Made by a program: the position numbers and the translations under genes
The notes under the pieces: generated by a model
Database searches by the model: none
Told to the model about the DNA's origin: nothing
What the model saw: the letters and a program-made list of their open reading frames with translations, nothing else
Assembly: GCA_010909165.1 (NCBI GenBank)
Contig: MU008173.1
Coordinates: 248,001 to 312,000 of the forward strand
Source: Anthoceros angustus
Lineage: Eukaryota; Plantae; Anthocerotophyta
Direction: 5' to 3'
DNA length: 64,000 bases
Shown: positions 37,514 to 49,700 of the stretch, in pieces
Position numbering within the stretch: position 1 is the first letter of the stretch
Layout: each line of letters begins with the position of its first letter

Positions 37514-38595
37514 TGGGAAAAACACAGGAGTATTTGGAGCATCTTTCGTTAAGCGTGTCTTAGCAATACAACATTGAGCGTTCATGATCATTGTCTTGTT
37601 TGTGCAGGTGTGGTAGTTGGGGGATGTGATGGTTCATGAAGCGGTGAGATAAATTGCATCCCCAGGGCATAGAATTGCCTGGACTGTGAGCCTTGGACAG
37701 TCCTTCTTCAATGACATCACCCCTTGATCAAGGAGTGCATGTTGTGGATGACATGATATGCGTGCATAAGAATTAGGTTGATTGACGAGCACGAAGCGTC
37801 AAATTTTTGAGCAGCAGGACAAGAGTCACAACACCGACAGTACATGTGCTTTCACCTTGTGACACCTTCTTGGTTAACATCTGGAAAGAAGCATCCAGGA
37901 TGGTGGACCACCCAGCTGTTTTGTTTGAATTTCTGCCTTAATGGCTCTAAAAGTTTGGAGTTGCATCACCATTACCAGCTTCTGTTATTTTAGGCATCAT
38001 GATCGTTACTATCAGTCATGTGTGTATCAACGACATTCATGGCCCGTTTGTGCAGTCTAATTGAACACACGATGCTAGGCACATGAAACTAACACATCCT
38101 TTTTGGATTTCAATTGGGTAGGGGCTTGATTAAGGTTAGTCAAGCTCCTTGTATGATCTTATATCGATATCATTATGCTTTAAGTTACCTGGCAATTAAA
38201 TTATCAAAGCTTGCACAGCTGCATACCACTTGTCCTGCTCATAGATCAAAAGGTTCACTTTGTGTGCTAGTTAGTGCTAACCTAACAAAGGCCAAGCAAT
38301 CATTGTTCTAGACTAATGTTACGAACGGAGGCGATGGTGTTCAGCAGTGCAACGAAGCAAAGAACAAAGTGATTAATAGTAAGAAATACATATCCTCATA
38401 ATTACACACATAGCGAAATTCAATATTATGTTTATTTAGGAGAAAAGATGACGGGACGAGCCCATACATATATATGCTGCAATCGAGTATGACCCATGGC
38501 CATGTCACCGGCCTCCATGCTCCGTGTAAGATTGTTTTTCACGTCTTTGCCCTAAAATTTCTAAGCAATTTAAAATTTTTCTTTCTTAAGGCCTA

Positions 38596-39700
38596 TTAGT
38601 ACAAGGGGGGCAAGGGCATAGAGAAGAGATCAGGGAGATGGGTGTTTGTGATTTTGGTGCGTTTAGAGGGCGCATATGGGGCTTCTCCTTGGGCTTCTCT
38701 TGTGGTCCGGATATGCCAAGGCGTTCAATGTTGTAGAGTTAGCGGCGAGGCTTTATTCCGACCTCCGTTAATCTGCTGAGGTCGCAAATTCCCTCGGCGG
38801 AATGTCCCGACAAGCTTTTGGATATCCTCGCCCACTTGGATCCGAGATATGAGGGTCTTCGAGGATACACCACTTGTACCTTGGAGTCGGTGTTTGTGAG
38901 TACCACACCTCCCAGCTGACCTTCAATGCATCAACAAAGGGTCATCCATACATCGATAGCCTTTCCCCGACCGCTTAAAGAGCACCAAACATTAATTATT
39001 GACCACCAATTCGACTGCACGTCCTCCTCCACTCCCACATACGTGTCCTTCAATTCTCGTAGAAGAATGCCATTTGGATCGCTCAAGAAATCTAAGCAAC
39101 TCCGCCTTGTTCTTGGTCATATTTAGGCTGCACATGCAAAGAAAGCCCTCATCTCCGTTCGCTCATTGTTTCCCAAGAGAAACAAAGCCACGTGACATGT
39201 GTTGCTAGATCCCTACCTTGTAACAAAAGCGTTGCCGTCAAAGGCAACCTTGGGATTGCGCTTCACCATGTTGAACACCTCCTTGTTGGCCTTAACATCC
39301 ACTTGGCACAAATTCTTGATATCCTCCTAGCATATTCTTCCAGTCCGGATAGCGACAACACAGACAACGTGAACAATCCCCATCCTCCTCTTCCTCCTCC
39401 TCAACCTTTAATGGTTTCTCCTTTGTACCCGAGCAATCAAAAGCTTACCTTCATAAGAGTTTCTACCACTCGCTTTGTTTGTGCTTGCACAGACAGCGGC
39501 ACTCGCGCCATGGCATTTTGCTGTAGCACCTGCTCTTTTCCTGAGGCTAGCCAATTGTATGGGGTGCCGATTGCTCCCACAGGCGATGACACTCCGACAA
39601 TGACAGTATCTGCATCTTCGGCTAAGTGCGTAGAGGGCGCCACGGGCATTGATGCTCGAGGAGGGCCGGTTGCTTCATGGGGCGGTAGAGGGTGCACTTA
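38596..39700 (-). pseudogene. transcription initiation factor IIE beta subunit, decayed intron-containing copy
   Basis: Exon pieces VQAQTKRVVETL | EDIKNLCQVDVKANKEVFNMVKRNPKVAFDG | NKAELLRFL..PNGILLRELKDTYVGVEEDVQ..VVYP..KITNTHLPDLF follow plant TFIIE-beta; GT donors at 39448 and 39216, AG acceptor at 39128-39129; frameshifts and damaged splice sites. Confidence 0.8.
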
Positions 39701-40504
39701 CGCTTACTCATAGGATGAGTCATCATCAAAACCGAGGTCTGCAGCTTTGCAACAGCACTGTGGGACACTAGCATTCTGCGGCAGTGCAGCGTGTCGGTCT
39801 TTTCCTAAGGAGCTAATATTTGTTGGGTGAGGGCACCACGGTCGCGGAGGGAGGGTTGGTTGCTCGAGTTATCTTGCCGCTGCCGATTGATTTGTGCTCC
39901 CACAACCTCGACGTTTGCATTCTCGCTCGTGCATCTCGCTCTTTTCCTTTGGAAAGCCAATTGCACGCAGAGGGCACCGTTTGTGTCATTGGAAGAGGCG
40001 GTTGCTTCGCGGCAGTGGAAGGCTTTGCTCGCTTAGTGGCGGGCGAGCCGCTCCGAAACCAAGGTGCGGCATTGCCGGCCGCTTGACCATCTCCATAGGT
40101 GACTCTAGGACGGTGGCATTCGCACGGTGCATCTCGCTCTTTTCCTACCGAGCCAATTGTAAAGAGGGCACCACAGGTGTCACTGGAAGGGGGCGGTTGC
40201 TTCACGCGTAGTGGAAGGCCGCTTAGTAGCAGATGAGCCTCCGAAACCGAGGCCTTCCTGGGCCATAGTCTTGCAAGTGCTCGCTACACAAAGCGCCAAT
40301 CCAAGTGCTAAGGGAAGTTTCTTCCAATGTTATAGTGGACTTAAAAATACTTCTTCTTTTTTCTTATATATTCTAGCACTTAATGGTCATGTAGCAAGGT
40401 AGGTAATCGCATATATAGACGAACCCCTACAAATACATTTAATTTAGAGACATTTGTAGAGTTTGAAAGTTATATTGAGGTTCAATAACTTGGATAAATA
40501 AAAA

Positions 40505-40698
40505 ATTATACGAGGTCCAAGGAAAGTAATTTTCGAGGTCCAAGAAGAGTAAGTATACCAAGGTCCAAGAAGAGTAATTGTACCAAGGTCCAAGGAGAGT
40601 CATTATACCAAGGTCCAAGGAGAGTCATTATACCAAGGTCCAAGGAGAGTAATTATACCAAGGTCCAAGGAGAGCACTTATACCGAGGTCTAAGGAGT
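40505..40698. repeat. 25-bp tandem repeat x~8
   Basis: Unit GGTCCAAGGAGAGTCATTATACCAA. Confidence 0.95.
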
Positions 40699-40753
40699 GT
40701 CCATCTTTGTGTAGAAACGATCTTCTTTTCTAATTTGATTAGAGTCGATCAAC

Positions 40754-40845
40754 TTACGACCCGTTGGGTGGAAGTCTTACGACCCAATAGGTGGAAGTCG
40801 TACAACCCAATAGGTAGAAGTCTCGAGGACCCAATGGGTGGAAGT
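40754..40845. repeat. ~23-bp tandem repeat x4
   Basis: Unit TTACGACCCAAT(A/G)GGTGGAAGTC. Confidence 0.9.
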
Positions 40846-41078
40846 TGTGGTCAGCATAATCACTGCAATGGCTGTGTTTTCACATAGTAAAATGTTCTTG
40901 GGTCATCCATAAAGTAGTCGATCGAGTATAGGGACCACTCAAAATTCTTGTTTGAATTGCTACCCCATTAGTGAACGCTTGTATACACTTTGATAGAGAT
41001 GACTCAACCGTGTCATCCTCGACCGCTTATCATGTGCGGAGTGAACTTGACATTTAAGGGTGAGTGTTGTAAGTAATA

Positions 41079-41275
41079 TGTGCTTTCACCTCTTGAAAAC
41101 GTTATTGGGTGGGGAAATAGCATCATGGATAGGGAGGCAGCTTCGTGCTTTCACCTCTTGAAAGCGTTAATGGGTCGAAGTAGTATCCTGGATAGGGAAC
41201 CAGCCCTTGTGTGCTTTCACCTCTTGAAAACGTTATTAGGACAAGGGACATAGCATCCTGGATAGGGAGCCACCG
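41079..41275. repeat. ~66-70-bp tandem repeat x3
   Basis: Unit begins GTGCTTTCACCTCTTGAAAACGTTA and ends ATCCTGGATAGGGA. Confidence 0.9.
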
Positions 41276-42089
41276 TGCTCTTGTTTGAATGTCACTCGAA
41301 TGGCTCTAAAATTTTGGATTTGCATCACCATTCCCATCCGTCTATTAGTTCACACATCATGATCGCTCACAATCACTCATGTATGTGTGAACGAAAGAGA
41401 CAATGCCAGGCACATGAAATCAACACATTCTCCTTGGTGTTGAATCAACCTCCTTGTATCTTACATTAATCTTTAAAGCTATCTAGCAATCAAAGGCTTG
41501 CCATGCTGCATACCCAGCCATACTAATTCATTGGGGTCCATTAATTTATGGGCTGCCACCCAATATGACCCCCTATTTATGGCCCTACCACACCCTATGA
41601 CACCCTATAACACATTATTTGTGACGCCACCATACCTTATCACACACTCTTCCACATACTTATGGCCTTGCCACACATGTCACCCCTCGGCACTAGGACA
41701 TGTGAGCATGTCGAGTTTCAAAATTCAAACTATAATTAAATAATCAAGGATCATTAATCATGATTTATTATTGAAAATTATTTAAAGTGACAAAGAATTT
41801 CTTCAATCACTCTAATTTATTTTTAATATTATATAATGTATTCGACTACTCAAATAACTCAAACTACTTTTTGATTTGTCTTTCATGTTTGAAACTTTAC
41901 AATTTGGTTCGGATAATGTTGGCTTTGTGGGAGGGAGCCACCATCCTCGCCTTACCTCCTCTATCTGCCTTAGCATCCTAAGCATGTGTCCTTAGCATCC
42001 TAATCATCCATCCTTAGCATCCTAAGCATCTTCCTTAGCATCGTAAGCATATGCAACCTACTCACAAGAGCTAGATCCTTAGGCATTCC

Positions 42090-42180
42090 TTCACCACATC
42101 CTTGTGCCTCTTGTCAAAACGTAGCGTGATGTTTCACCACATCCTTGTGCCTCTTGTCAAAAACGTGGCGTGATGTTTGA
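42090..42180. repeat. ~44-bp direct tandem duplication, preceded by short CTTAGCATC(C)TAAGCAT repeats at ~41985-42050
   Basis: TTCACCACATCCTTGTGCCTCTTGTCAAAACGT.GCGTGATGT twice. Confidence 0.85.
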
Positions 42181-42956
42181 CTCACCACATTTTGCAAGAC
42201 CGGATCCAAGGGCATTCCGTTCGACATCCTTTTGTGGCCATGCTAATAAAACCGCGCTTCTTTCAACTCGCATCTTGCACACATGTCCCACACCAACTAG
42301 TTGGCAACAAAAAGTTAATAGGCCTCCGGTTCCAGCGACAAATGCACACGGTTTGAAGGGCAGCATTAAAGATTCAGCAACTCTCAACTCGGTAGCTCGA
42401 CAAGGATGGCTTGGGACCGATCGCGATCTCGTCACGACAAATTGTTCACTTTTTCTTTTGGTCCTTCACCGAGGTGGAGCTCCAGTGTGGATGGGGTGCA
42501 CGGCGCATCCAGCTCCGTTGATCGGGATCGGTGCTCGGCAAATCGAAGGTAATCAAACATATATACGCCGTTGTATCTGACCTAGCAAGAATTGAAGTTT
42601 GCTTGGCATCAAAGCGATATCATGTTCTTGGCCCAATGAGATCGTATGCCTTGCAATCATCGTATGTTCGATTGGATAGTCCCAGTGTTGTTAGCGGTCA
42701 TGGTTCGTCGGGTTAACATTCTATAATACGCCATCTCTACAAAATTCGTGAACCACCACCACGTTGGTAGTTTATATATATATATGGATGTAATGTATGT
42801 ACAACACTGTGAGATCGTGTGCCTTGCAAGATTTCATCGTATGTTCGATCGGATAGTCGAGTGTTGTTAGCGATCATGGTTCGTCTATCATGGGTTAACA
42901 TTCTATAACATTACAATATAACTATATACAAAATTGATCAACATTGATCACGCTGG

Positions 42957-42960
<4 letters not shown>

Positions 42961-42997
<37 letters not shown>
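42961..42997. repeat. (TA)n microsatellite, next to a ~180-bp duplication at 42640-42915
   Basis: Direct reading of sequence. Confidence 0.95.
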
Positions 42998-42998
<1 letters not shown>

Positions 42999-43766
42999 TA
43001 GATGTTTTACATATTAGTTTTGGACATATTTTTTTGTTGTGGACTTTGGCACAATTTGATATTAAAACCAAGAATTTCATAGAGGAATTGGACTAAGACA
43101 ACCTAATGGATGTTGGAGAGAAGTTCACAACACTTGAACATTGCATATATGTATGTACATACATCCACTAGTACTCTTATTCAAAGTCCGAGGTCGAAAT
43201 TCAAAGACAAAGGCTGGTTGGCGATCGCTTCTTGCCCAAGATGTCACTTTCCTCGAGATCCAAAAGCCTTCCACAACGTGAAAGCAAAGCCACTCTTCTT
43301 CTCGTGGTACCCCAACAAATCCCGACTCATCACTAGGTTTGGCTTGCCGGGCTCACCCCCACGGAGGTGCCTCACCTTAATTCGTATGCACATCATGTCA
43401 CCCACCACTTTCACCCACTCAATGTCGGTTTGACCACTGGATGATATCGCTCGGCCTTGAGACACAAACGCGACCGATCCAGGCTCGCCCCGCTTCCGGA
43501 TCTCCAAGCCTTAATGGTGTGAACGGGTAGAGAGTTCCACGGTGCTCACACAACTGCACGGCCCTTACGCGACTATTAAACCACTTGAATGACACCGGAC
43601 TCCTCGAGTGTCATCATTGATGAGCACATTCGCATGGAGACTGCGCCTCAGCGACATCCGGTAATAGTCGAGCCTTCCACAACAATCCACCTTGTAAATG
43701 GTGTTGTCAATGCATAGGATTTGGTCTAGTGGCTCCTGCCGGCTGCCGTAAGCTCAAAGTCCACAT

Positions 43767-46700
43767 CGATGAAAATCACGCACACACACTTGCACAAAAG
43801 CTTGTTGCATTGTATAATAGAAAATACATGCCTTTATATAGGTAAGGTGGTTATAACCATAAGTGGTTGTAACCAATAAGTAGTTGTAACTAATATAACA
43901 ACTAACTACCTAAATAACTAAATAAAAGGAACTACTTAGTGCCCTAGAATTAATTAATATTTAATTCTAGATACCCTAGTGAATAGTGCCCTATTAGGTG
44001 TATATTTTATCACTCCCACTCACTATGAACTGGGGTGAGGTTAAGCTAGGAAAATAAGCTAAGTCTGCTTAAGGATTTCTTGAACTAGAAAGCTAAGGAG
44101 CTAAAGGAAAATCAAACTTAAGTTTGTAAGTGGTAATTATTAAATAATTAATAAATGGCCATAAACGAAATATAATTAAGGGAGAAAATTCGGATATTTG
44201 GCTTATCCGAAATCCTCCAAATACGGGATATTGCAGCAGTAGTGATACTGCAGCAGTTGCGTTGCCTTCTCATGCAGCTGCAGGTGAGCACTATGGTAGG
44301 AGCATCACACAGGAAGCCTGTCGGGCCATCTCCATTCGGATTTCCCAGCAATCTGTGGCAGATGTGGATGTCCTCAGCGGCGCGTCTGTGGGTATGTGGT
44401 TGCACCTGCATCCTTGTTCGCGCAAGCTTCTTTTGCCTCAACCTGCCCTTGAATCGGCCAGCCTCTGCTTCAGAGATCACTTGATGTCGCCGATGGACAG
44501 CTTCAATCCCCATAATCTCGGTAGCCTAGGTGCTGAGGAAGGACGGGCGCCCCCAGATTGCAAGCGTACATGCTCAAATTGTGAAGGATACCTCCAGATT
44601 GGAGAGCCGGAGCCTCCATTGAAGATATCTGCAGCCATGAGTGAGGAGAGGACGCGGCCGTCTACACGGGGCGTGGCCATACACCTAGTAGCGGCCCGCC
44701 GCGGCCATCATCGCGTCGCGGCTATCATCTCTTCTCATGCGCGCTCCACATGGGTGGTGATACGGCCTGTCTGTGGGGGCGCAACCTCCATCGCGCCCTT
44801 GCCTGGGGTCGCTCCTTCTTCCTTAACTTGTTTTTAAACCTATTGTCGGTTCATCTGTTATCCCGTTCATGATGCCCATGCATTTTGACACCTATAATAT
44901 ATCATTTGGTATACACGTGTTTGTGTGTCTACGTGTTTTTTCTTCTAGAGGTATGTAGGGAAAAATAGGTTTGCATTGTTTAGGTGTAATTGAGTTTGAA
45001 AACAATATTATTTGAATCAAATTGTAGTGATGATTGAGGCTAATCAAGTGGAACATGGTGTATGATGACCATGAGGAAAAATATAAACAAAATGCTATAT
45101 GGGGTTAGAGAAAGAGATGAGTTTAGGAATATGTAGAGTTTAGGTGATGCCTAAAATACCTAATTTATAGGAGCTGACCTCATGAGTATTTGTTTTACTT
45201 GTAGGTATAGATGTTGGGTGAATGCATATTACATAACGCCTCTAGCAAAATGATCATTACCAAGGGAAATCCAAAAGATCTATGAGAAAATGCCATCCAC
45301 ATAACAAGATTGCCTATGTGCCCATGTGAAGAGTATGTAACACACTCAAAACATTTATCATAAGTGCCTAAGATGCTGAAGGATGAGCACTTGAATTTAA
45401 AAGTAGGGATTTATTTTAAATTGATTATCCTTCTTATCAAAACTTGATTTAAATAATATCTCTTTGGGATCCCTGTAGTTGGTAAATGAGAATGCTCGTA
45501 CTTTGAAATAGAAAAAGGAGTCATTTGATGAAGACACAAGACTCTAGCTAAAACCTGGGGCTAGGATAAGAGGTTATCTTGCATCTGCCCCTAAATACCT
45601 ATATTAGGATTTTGTCTTAAGGTGGTTTGGACTTAATATCTAAAAAGCCCAGACTTTTCATATGTTTATTATGTAATTCCCGACTGAGGGATTTGGTTAA
45701 TAAATCGGCTGAGTTATCATGAGTAGGGATATAACTGATATCTATTGTTTTATTTTCTAACAGTTCTCTTATGTAGTGGTATTCAACTGCTATGTGTTTG
45801 GTTCTTGAGTGAAAAATAGAATTTCTAGCTAAGGCTATTGCCCCTTGACTATAGCTGAACAATGGTGTAGGGTCATCTTGAGTATGACTAAGTTCATCTA
45901 AGGCCAACCTACTCTAGAATATATCTTTAGCAACAGAGGTTAGTACCCTATACTCTGACTCAGTGCTGGAAAGGGCAATGGTAGACTGTTTCTTACTTGA
46001 CCATGAGATGGGGGCCTTGGCTAGAATAAGAACATAACCTGATACAGATCTTCTAGTATCGGGGTCACCAGCATAATCGGCATCAGCGTAGGCTGTCAAT
46101 CTTAGCTTGTTGATGCCGAGTGTATGTTGATATACAAGTCCGGTATGCATGGTGCCCTTAAGGTATCTAAAGATACGCTGATCGACATCGTGTTGTTCTC
46201 GCCCGATTTTCTAAAATTGTGTACACTAATTTCAAATGATATATCAAGTCTTGTGAAGTTGCTCAAATAAATTAGAGTGCCAATCGCATGTCGATATGGG
46301 CTACGACATTTCTTATGCGCATCATCTTGGGACTCATATCGATGAAGTTGAATTCCCGTAAATGGTGTAGGAGCAGTTTAGCATCCTCTAATCCAAACTT
46401 AATTAAGCTTTCCTTAATATATTTAGTTTGAACTATACTTAAAGTTTTATTGCTTCGATCTCGCATAATATTAACACCGAGTGCATATGTCATTTCTCCA
46501 AGATCAGTCATTTCAAAATGACTTCTTAACCAAACTTTAATTTCATAGAGAGGAGATGAGGATGAAGCCATAAATAAACATAAGTAAGTAAGGTAGTATA
46601 TCATTGCCGATAATGATATACATGCTAGCATCGCTTTACTTGACCATGAGATGGGGCCTTGGCTAGAATAAGAACATAACCGACATGATCTTCTAGTATC

Positions 46701-49700
46701 GGGGTCACCAAAGATAATCGCATCAACAGAGGGTCGTCAATAGCTTGTTGATGCCGAGTGTATGTTGATATACAAGTCCGGATGCATGGTGCCTTAAGGT
46801 ATCTAAAGATACGCTTGATCGACATCCAAAGGTTCTCGCCTGTGATTTTCTAAAATTGAAGCACTAATTTCAAAATGATATATCAAGTCTTGTGAAGTTG
46901 CTCAAATAAATTAGAGTGCCAATCGCATGTCGATATGGGCTACGACATTTCTTATGCGCATCATCTTGGGACTCATATCGATGAAGTTGAATTCCCGTAA
47001 ATGGTGTAGGAGCAGTTTAGCATCCTCTAATCCAAACTTAATTAAGCTTTCCTTAATATGTTAGTTTGAACTATACTTAAAGTTTTATTGCTTGATCTCG
47101 CATAATATTAACACCAAGTGCATATGTCATTTCTCCAAGATCGGTCATTTCAAAATGACTTCTTAACCAAACTTTAATTTCATAGAGAGGAGATGAGGAT
47201 GAAGCCATAAATAAACATAAGTAAGTAAGGTAGTATATCATTGCCGATAATGATATACATGCTAGCATCGCTTTACTTGACCATGAGATGGGGCCTTGGC
47301 TAGAATAAGAACATAACCGACATGATCTTCTAGTATCGGGGTCACCAAAGATAATCGCATCAACAGAGGGTCGTCAATAGCTTGTTGATGCCGAGTGTAT
47401 GTTGATATACAAGTCCGGTATGCATGGTGCCCTTAAGGTATCTAAAGATACGCTTGACTGACATCCAGTGTTCTCGTCCAGGATTTTCTAAAAATTGTCA
47501 GTAAGCACTAATTTCAAATGATATATCAAGTCTTGTGAAGTTGCTCAAATAAATTAGAGTGCCAACTGCATGTCGATATGGAACTGCTGACATTTCTAAC
47601 TTGTCTGCATCTGTCTTGGGACTCATATCTGATGTAAGTCGAATTCCACTGGCAAATGGTGTAGGAGCAGGTTTAGCATCCTCTAATCCAAACTTAATTA
47701 AGCTTTCCTTAATATATTTAGTTTGAACTATACTTAAAGTTTTATTGCTTCGATCTCGTGATAAAACACAAAAGTGCATATGTCATTTCTCCAAGATCAC
47801 TATTTCAAAATGACTTAACCAAACTTTAATTTAGAGAGATGAGGATGAAGCCATAAATACGTCATCGACGTAAAGTAAGACGTAAAGTATATCATTGCCT
47901 GATATCAAGATATACATGCTAGCATCTGCTTTACTTCGTCTGAAGCCCCTTTTTACTAACTTGACATGTATAGTAACATTCCATTCTTTGCCTGATTGCT
48001 TCAGACCATAGATGCATTTGATAAGTTTGCATACCCAATCTTCCTTGCCTTTAACTTCATAACCCTCAGGTTGTCGCATATAGATATCTTCTTGAAGACG
48101 GCCATATAAATATGTTGTCTTAACATCCATCATATGGAGCTCAAGATCGTGTTGTGCAGTTAGGGCGAAGATCATTCTAAGGGAAGCAAACTTTGCTACA
48201 GGTGCATACGTGGCATAGGGTAAATAATCTAAACCCGGAATTTGAGTGAATCCTCTTGCCACTAAACGTGCCTTATATCGCTCAATAGAGCCATCTCCCT
48301 TTCTCTTAATCTTGAATACCTATTTGCTAGTTACTATTTTTCTCCCCTTAGGCAGCTTAACTAATTCCCATGTAGAATTCTTTACTAACAAGTTGTATTC
48401 AGAATCTACAGCTACCTTCCATAAGTCTTTTTCAGGTGATGAAAAAGCTTGTTTTAAGGTGAGAGGTTCCTTTGGATCAGTTGTAGTCTTGTATACAGCT
48501 TGTGAATAAGGTGTTAAAGGGGGAAGTGGATCGTCAAAAACAGCTAGGTATCCTAAGGGAGGTTCTTTCCATCCTGCAGGGCCTGGAATATGAGGTCGAG
48601 ACCGCAGGTTGTACCTTGGTGCAGGTTGTACATCTTCCACGTCTTCAATGTGTATTGACTCCGAAGGGGGAGAATCAGGCGCAACCGCATACTCAGGGTC
48701 AATATAAGAGCCATCTGGGTCATCAGGAATATTCTCAAGATGTTGAGGTTCTTCTGTGTCCAATGGAGGTGAGTCTGGTCGTGGAATAGATGCTAACTCC
48801 TCCTCCTCCTGCATAATAGTTGCAACCAAAGGAACACGTGAAGCGAAGGGAAGAGGAAGATGATCGTATCAATAGAGCCATCTCCTTCTCTTAATCTTGA
48901 ATACCATTTTGCTAGTTATTTTTCTCCCTTAGGCGAACTAATTCCCATGTAGATTTAACAAGTTGTAGAATCTACTACTTCCATAAGTCTTTTCGTGTGA
49001 TAAAAGCTTGTTTTAAGGTGAGAGGTTCCTTTGATCCAGTTGAGTCTATACTTGTGAATAAGGTGTTAAAGGGGGAAGTGGATCACAAAAACTTTAGGTA
49101 TCCTAAGGAGGTTCTTTCCATCCGCAGTGGGCTGGAATATGAGGTTTTGAGGACCGCAGTTGTAATTTTGGTGCGTTGTACATCTTCCACGTCTTCAATA
49201 TTATTGACCTGGCGGGGAGAATCGCGCAACCGCATACCTCAGTGTCAATATAAGAGCCATATCCGGTCATCGTGAAATATTCTCAAGATGTTGAGGTTCT
49301 TCCGTGTCCAATGGAGGTGAGTCCGTCGTAATAGATGCTAACTCCTCCTCCTCTGCATAATCAACAACCAAAGGAACACGTGAAGGTGAAGAAAGAGGAA
49401 AGATGATCAGTATCATCGAATAGAGAACATTCATTATCATCCTCGGAAAAATGTTGATTGCCAGAATCATGAGCTCCCACTGAAGATGAGAATAGTTGAG
49501 ACTCATGAAAAGTAACACTCTGTGCATAAAGAAGCTTGCGAGTAGAAGGATCAAATAATTTATAACCTTTGATGCCTTCGGTGTAGCCAATAAAAGTATA
49601 TTTTGCAGCCTTGGGATCTAGTTTTTTGCGTTGTACTTTAGGAATAAATACATAAGCTGGAGATCCAAAAATGCGAAGATGGTCGACAAAAGGCTTTTTA

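Noticed and set aside
40505-40845. Short regular repeats superficially like a CRISPR array
   Set aside because: Units are head-to-tail with no unique spacers; eukaryotic context, no cas genes
44238-44247. AGTAGTG followed by ATA, which would match the ATA TSD of the CACTA end at 7322
   Set aside because: Only 7 bp of TIR match, no subterminal repeat array, and it lies inside the LTR-bounded copia-3; likely chance
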